Assembly: GCA_043732485.1 (NCBI GenBank)
Contig: JAYTHP010000171.1
Coordinates: 1 to 11,056, forward strand
From: Oligoflexia bacterium
Lineage (GTDB): Bacteria > Bdellovibrionota > UBA1018
Direction: 5' to 3'
DNA length: 11,056 nt
A program made the translations under genes and the position numbers. The notes beneath the pieces were generated by a model. That model ran no database searches, had not been told where the DNA came from, and saw only the letters and a program-made list of their open reading frames with translations. Shown here piece after piece: positions 7,421 to 11,056 of the stretch (positions within the stretch are counted from its first letter, which is position 1; the number at the start of each line of letters is the position of its first letter).

Positions 7421-7864
7421 TTAACGACCGATCTCTAAAGCCTTCTGCGCCATCGATTTGGCAGCCCCCAGCGCCGTGACGTTCGCTTCATACGAGCGCT
7501 GAGCACTGATCATATTGGCCATCTCTTCCACCGGATTGACGTGCGGCATGGCGACATAACCATCACTATTGGCGTCCGGATGATGCGGCTGATAGACCAT
7601 CCGAGGCGCCCGGTTGTCCTCAGCAATATCAACGACTTGCACCCCTTGCACCTGCTCGTCTAAGGCGTTTTGTAAAATCTCGCCAAAATGCTCGCGGTCA
7701 GTCTGTGCCTGAAAGACAGGATCTTTTCTGCGGTAAGGGCCGTTATTAGGCCCCACCCCGTGGGTGGTTTCGGCATTGGCAATGTTACTGGAAATAGTGT
7801 TCATGCGCTTGGTTTGCGCATCCAACCCCGAAGCACTGACTCGCATCGCTGAAAAAAAATCCAT
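7421..7864 (-). CDS. flgC: Flagellar basal-body rod protein FlgC
   Basis: SASGLDAQTKRMNTISSNIANAET, GPYRRK, YQPHHPDA..GYVAMPHVNPVEEMANMISAQRSYEANV. ATG overlaps the flgB stop (TAATG). Confidence 0.97.
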   Translation of the reverse strand: MDFFSAMRVSASGLDAQTKRMNTISSNIANAETTHGVGPNNGPYRRKDPVFQAQTDREHFGEILQNALDEQVQGVQVVDIAEDNRAPRMVYQPHHPDANSDGYVAMPHVNPVEEMANMISAQRSYEANVTALGAAKSMAQKALEIGR

Positions 7865-8280
7865 TAATGGTTCCCTCCGCCTTCCGAAATCGCGTATTTA
7901 AGCATGTTGAGTTTGCGCTTGAGCATCTCAGTGGATGCGTCGTAAAGAATCTGATTTTCTGCCATCTTGGCCATCTCATGGGCCCGGTCCACCGTGTTGC
8001 CATCCAGCGACTCCACCCCGTTAGGATCATCATAGATCTCAGGGGCAATCGGATCGGTGCCATGGTGCACTAGGTGCTGGGCATCGCTGCCTTGCGCCTG
8101 AATACCATCGCCCACCCCCAGCGCATCACGCAAGGCGCCTTCAAACTCCATCGTTTTAGCCTTATAGCCCGGAGTGTCGGCATTAGCGACGTTAGCGCTG
8201 ATCAGATTCTGGTTCACCAAACGCAAGTTGAGCGAGGTATTGAGTGCGCCAATCACCGGATCAAAAATACTGTTACTCAT
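7864..8280 (-). CDS. flgB: Flagellar basal-body rod protein FlgB
   Basis: LISANVANADTPGYKAK and DGNTVD..EMAKMAENQILY signatures. First gene of the operon. Confidence 0.97.
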   Translation of the reverse strand: MSNSIFDPVIGALNTSLNLRLVNQNLISANVANADTPGYKAKTMEFEGALRDALGVGDGIQAQGSDAQHLVHHGTDPIAPEIYDDPNGVESLDGNTVDRAHEMAKMAENQILYDASTEMLKRKLNMLKYAISEGGGNH

Positions 8281-8851
8281 TTTTATACTATAAACTTAAA
8301 TTTAAAAAATAATTATCGGTATTTTTTTCCTAGCTGCAATCAAGGGAAAAGGGGAATCAAGCGAGGTCACCCAGGACCCGCCGAATCGCAACCCCCAAAC
8401 TCAGTCCACTGATTCTGCCAGTTAGATCACTAAGCCCTCACGATCAGCCAAAACGTCATTATCTCAACGCACTGCGACAAGAATTTCTCTGCCAGTCAGC
8501 TCTAAGAACGCCTCATTATTCTATAAATTAGTCAGGTTTTGATTGCACCTTTCTGATGTCCGTCAGCCGCTAAAAATAGAGATCAAAGAAGAACAGGGGG
8601 GGTGGCCATATCTAAGATCTTGCTGGCTTTGAACCGCAGGAGAACGCCCTAAGAAGGCTCAACGTGGGTTCGTTTTTTCGTAAGTGCCGGATCACGACCA
8701 AATGGCCAAAAATTCCTCTTAAATACTAAGTCATTAATATATTAACTTTTTTTTATCCCTAGAAAATCAGCTAGCTCCGCCACTGCTAACTCATTACAGT
8801 ACATGGACAAGATTGAATTGCCTATGCTTTTTCATCCTTCTAGCTTAGCGT

Positions 8852-9463
8852 CTAGAGATTTGGGATAGCGCAAGCTGAGCTGAAGCACCTTATCGTTCTT
8901 GCTCGCCGTGGCGGAACAAAATGATGATGGATTAAATCCATTGCAAGGCCCTTGATCTTAGGGCCGTATTCCACATCTGCGTTGCCCTTAATGCCGGCAG
9001 ATAACTGTGGCCAGTTGCGGTTTTGGCAGCACAGGCAAACCTTGGACTCGATCTGATGCTCAGTCACCTGCATCGCTATCCTTAAAAAGTAAAAAACCTA
9101 AACAATATGATTATTGTCATACTTTACCTACTCTAAGCTCGAGCCGCATGCCCCCATTCAGAGACACTATGCTGAAGGACCTGACCTGGCTTCGCCACTT
9201 TTTTTAGTTTAGTGCCACGAGGACCGGTCTGTCCACCCGGATTTTTCTCGGTCTTTTTGCGCTGACTGCTAGGGATGACGGGTTGCTTTGCGAAGCCGTC
9301 ACTTTCAGGGGGCTCCAAGCTATTGGTGCTGTTTTGTTCCTTTTTTTTCAAGAAGGCCACGAATCATAGCTTCAAGATTACGAACCATGTCCTCAAGCTT
9401 GCGGATATGCTCCTTCACTTCGTTCGGTAAATCCTCAAAGAGCTTCTTCTGCAAGGCAGGCAT
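8852..9463 (-). pseudogene. tnpC: IS66-family (single-ORF, ISBst12-like) transposase pseudogene, 5' part only
   Basis: ATG 9463 starts a coiled-coil N-terminus (MPALQKKLFEDLPNEVKEHIRKLE...), then a frameshift at the T8 tract 9341-9348. Next come NSTNSLEPPESD and KNPGGQTGPRG motifs, then a second shift near 9150. After that CGSSLE*...V*VF, with in-frame TAG at 9128-9130 and 9098-9100, then VTEHQ...CLCC...YGPKIK (zinc-finger region). The DDE domain is absent. Confidence 0.85.
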
Positions 9464-9688
9464 TTCAACAGAACTTATCAATGATGGATAGCATAAATTA
9501 TATGAGAAAAAAAAGTATTTTCTGCGCTCAATCTAAAAACTTATTTTCCCTCTTTCCTGCTGGATCAGTGGGATTAGGGCTAGTTCAAAAAAATAACTTA
9601 TGGGCGCCTCGTAAGTAGAAGACTCGTGTGATGTTGAAGCCATCCGGGTCTGTTCGTCAAAAACTCAACCCACTCCGCAGAAAATGCG

Positions 9689-9995
9689 GTGAACAGTCAC
9701 GAAAATGTAAAACTTGCAAATAAAGCCGGAGCAGAGGAAATTGGCCTTCAAAAGTCTGGCGTGGTATCGCAGTTATCTGCCGAGGAAGTGCGTCTGCACG
9801 ATCGTCGCACCGGTATTAAGCCGCTGATTGGTCATGCCAAAAGATTCGGCTTGGCCAGAAGCAAGATGAAGAGTGACGCAAACACCCGCGGATCGATATT
9901 TATAGCAATTTTGCGGTACAATTATTCCCAATGGATGCGGAAAATTAAACTAATAAATTTAAAAATTTAGGATTAATTTATCATCAGAAACTACC
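9689..9995 (+). mobile_element. 3' remnant of an IS5-family transposase with a probable right end
   Basis: RRTGIKPLIGHAKRFGLARSKMK...YN resembles the IS5 'RR..IEP.IGH.K..G..R...K...N' C-terminus, with the catalytic E reading as K. The sequence ends ATCATCAGAAACTACC followed by TAG, similar to IS5-type termini at TA/CTAG targets. Confidence 0.7.
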
Positions 9996-10365
9996 TAGTC
10001 GTTATCCCTGAGGGTTATGGTAATGTTCGTCATCGGGGTCGAGGAAATGGCCGTGTAGGTGAGACTAAGGACGGCTCCCCAGACTAAAAACGCAATGGTG
10101 GTGGCCGAGCTGATAGTGATGTAAGGCGGATTGGAGCTACTTGCCAAAACACTGCCATTAAGTATTGCACCCAATGTGCAACTGCCAATCACACTGCCCG
10201 TAAAAATTAACGTGTACACCCCCCGCTTCCCGGTGAGGTGATTGAGCTAAACCTGCCAGTGCCCCCCACGCTGGTGGCGGTAAACCCCTGCGAAGTGACC
10301 TCACTCGAATTAGCCTTGCCGTAATCGTCGCGAGCCGTTAAGGTCACCGAGATGGTCAGTCCTGA
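9995..10365 (-). pseudogene. Frameshifted fragment of an invasin/intimin-type Ig-like (Big_1/Invasin_D3-like) repeat surface protein
   Basis: Joining ORFs 10207-10440 and 9995-10219 across the C6 run at 10219-10224 gives TISVTLTARDDYG...F...GGTGRFSSITSPGSGVYTLIFTGSVIGSCTLGAILNG...ITI, and the next repeat begins ITITLRD. This matches the 'TVTL.ARD..GN...GT.S.VTD.G.G.YTATFTG' pattern. Confidence 0.65.
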
Positions 10366-10432
10366 CATAGGCCGTCCAAAACCCGCCCTCATCGATCCCC
10401 GGGTTTGAGGTCTTAGTGCTTGAAAAGTGCGT

Positions 10433-11056
10433 TTAGGCAACGCCCTTTAGAGCCTGCAGTGGCTCTAAGTGCGGTTTTATCTTATTTATTACATCTAGTT
10501 TTTTTGGTTCAGTGCTTTTTTGCTCTATCCCTATGGGTGGCTGATCCTCAGTGTTAATTTCTCGCTTTTTGGTACCTGGCAGGAGGGTTAGCTGAGCAGA
10601 AAAATAGGGGCCAGAAGGTGAGAGTTCATTCAGAGTGCCGGGCGAGAGGAGGATTCTGCACTTTTGCCGTTGGACTGAGGGGAGACAATCGGTGACCTTG
10701 TGCAATTCGCGGGTGCTGATGGTAGCGAGGGCTTGTTGGGCCTCTTCTTTCGTGAGTGTGCCAACCAGTGAGGGAATGCGAAGGGCGATGCGATTAGGAT
10801 CCTTGGTGGTTCCGACTCCGTGGTGTTTGGCCACCCCAAAAAGCGATTCAATGGTATCGGAGCTAATCGGCATCCCCACCTCAGCTAAGCCTAGCTGGGT
10901 GGCTACGCTGAGCTGCTCGCTCATCCATTGAGTAAAGCCAGTAAAAACTGAAGAGCGATAGGGAAGGGCAGCAAGCAGCTCTTGACAGGCCTTCTGGGTG
11001 GCGAGGCTTAAGCCCTGGCTTTTCAGGATCTTTTGGCACTCTTGCAACGGCAAAGC
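10433..11056 (-). CDS. C-terminal part of a putative transposase-like protein (open to the right edge)
   Basis: MPISSDTIESLFGVAK resembles the S-x-x-I-E-S..(F)..K catalytic-Glu helix of IS256/ISKra4/ISLre2-like DDE enzymes. It abuts a gene fragment that lacks its 5' end. The frame stays open through 11056. Confidence 0.5.
   Translation of the reverse strand, partial: ALPLQECQKILKSQGLSLATQKACQELLAALPYRSSVFTGFTQWMSEQLSVATQLGLAEVGMPISSDTIESLFGVAKHHGVGTTKDPNRIALRIPSLVGTLTKEEAQQALATISTRELHKVTDCLPSVQRQKCRILLSPGTLNELSPSGPYFSAQLTLLPGTKKREINTEDQPPIGIEQKSTEPKKLDVINKIKPHLEPLQALKGVA

Noticed and set aside
1811..8280. Non-flagellar injectisome (T3SS) interpretation
   Set aside because: FlgB, FlgC, FliE and a full FliG with torque-helix motifs are flagellum-specific.
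2234..8412. Numerous short + strand and alternate-frame ORFs overlapping the flagellar genes
   Set aside because: These are antisense or out-of-frame shadows of well-supported genes, with no independent motifs.
8680..8695. GTAAGTGCCGGATCA as an IS66 terminal inverted repeat
   Set aside because: The GTAA start fits the family, but no matching partner end was found upstream of the transposase, so it is unsupported.
8734..8745. TTAATATATTAA perfect palindrome
   Set aside because: Expected by chance in an AT-rich spacer.
9339..9350. Programmed -1 frameshift (A AAA AAG-like) in the IS66 gene
   Set aside because: The downstream homologous frame is +1, not -1, and further stops follow, so this is simple homopolymer decay.

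Overview
The core of this window (1811-8280, minus strand) is an apparently intact flagellar basal-body/export operon: flgB-flgC-fliE-fliF-fliG-fliH-fliI. From recalled sequence style it looks Bdellovibrionota- or deltaproteobacterial-like, which is an inference only. The operon ends after fliI, with no fliJ following. To the left lie an orphan CopG/RHH-type antitoxin-like gene, an unexplained ~420-nt spacer with hairpins, a possible 66-aa ORF, a divergent promoter region dense in palindromes and direct repeats, and the N-terminus of a signal-peptide-bearing gene that runs off the left edge. To the right (about 8850-11056) is a decayed mobile-element region: a multiply broken IS66 transposase, the 3' end of an IS5-family transposase, a frameshifted invasin-type Ig-like adhesin fragment, and the C-terminus of an unclassified transposase-like ORF. 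I see no clear evidence of a wholly new multi-gene system. The best novelty candidates are the regulatory array at 268-515, the fliJ-less operon end with a FliI tail, and the unclassified transposase.
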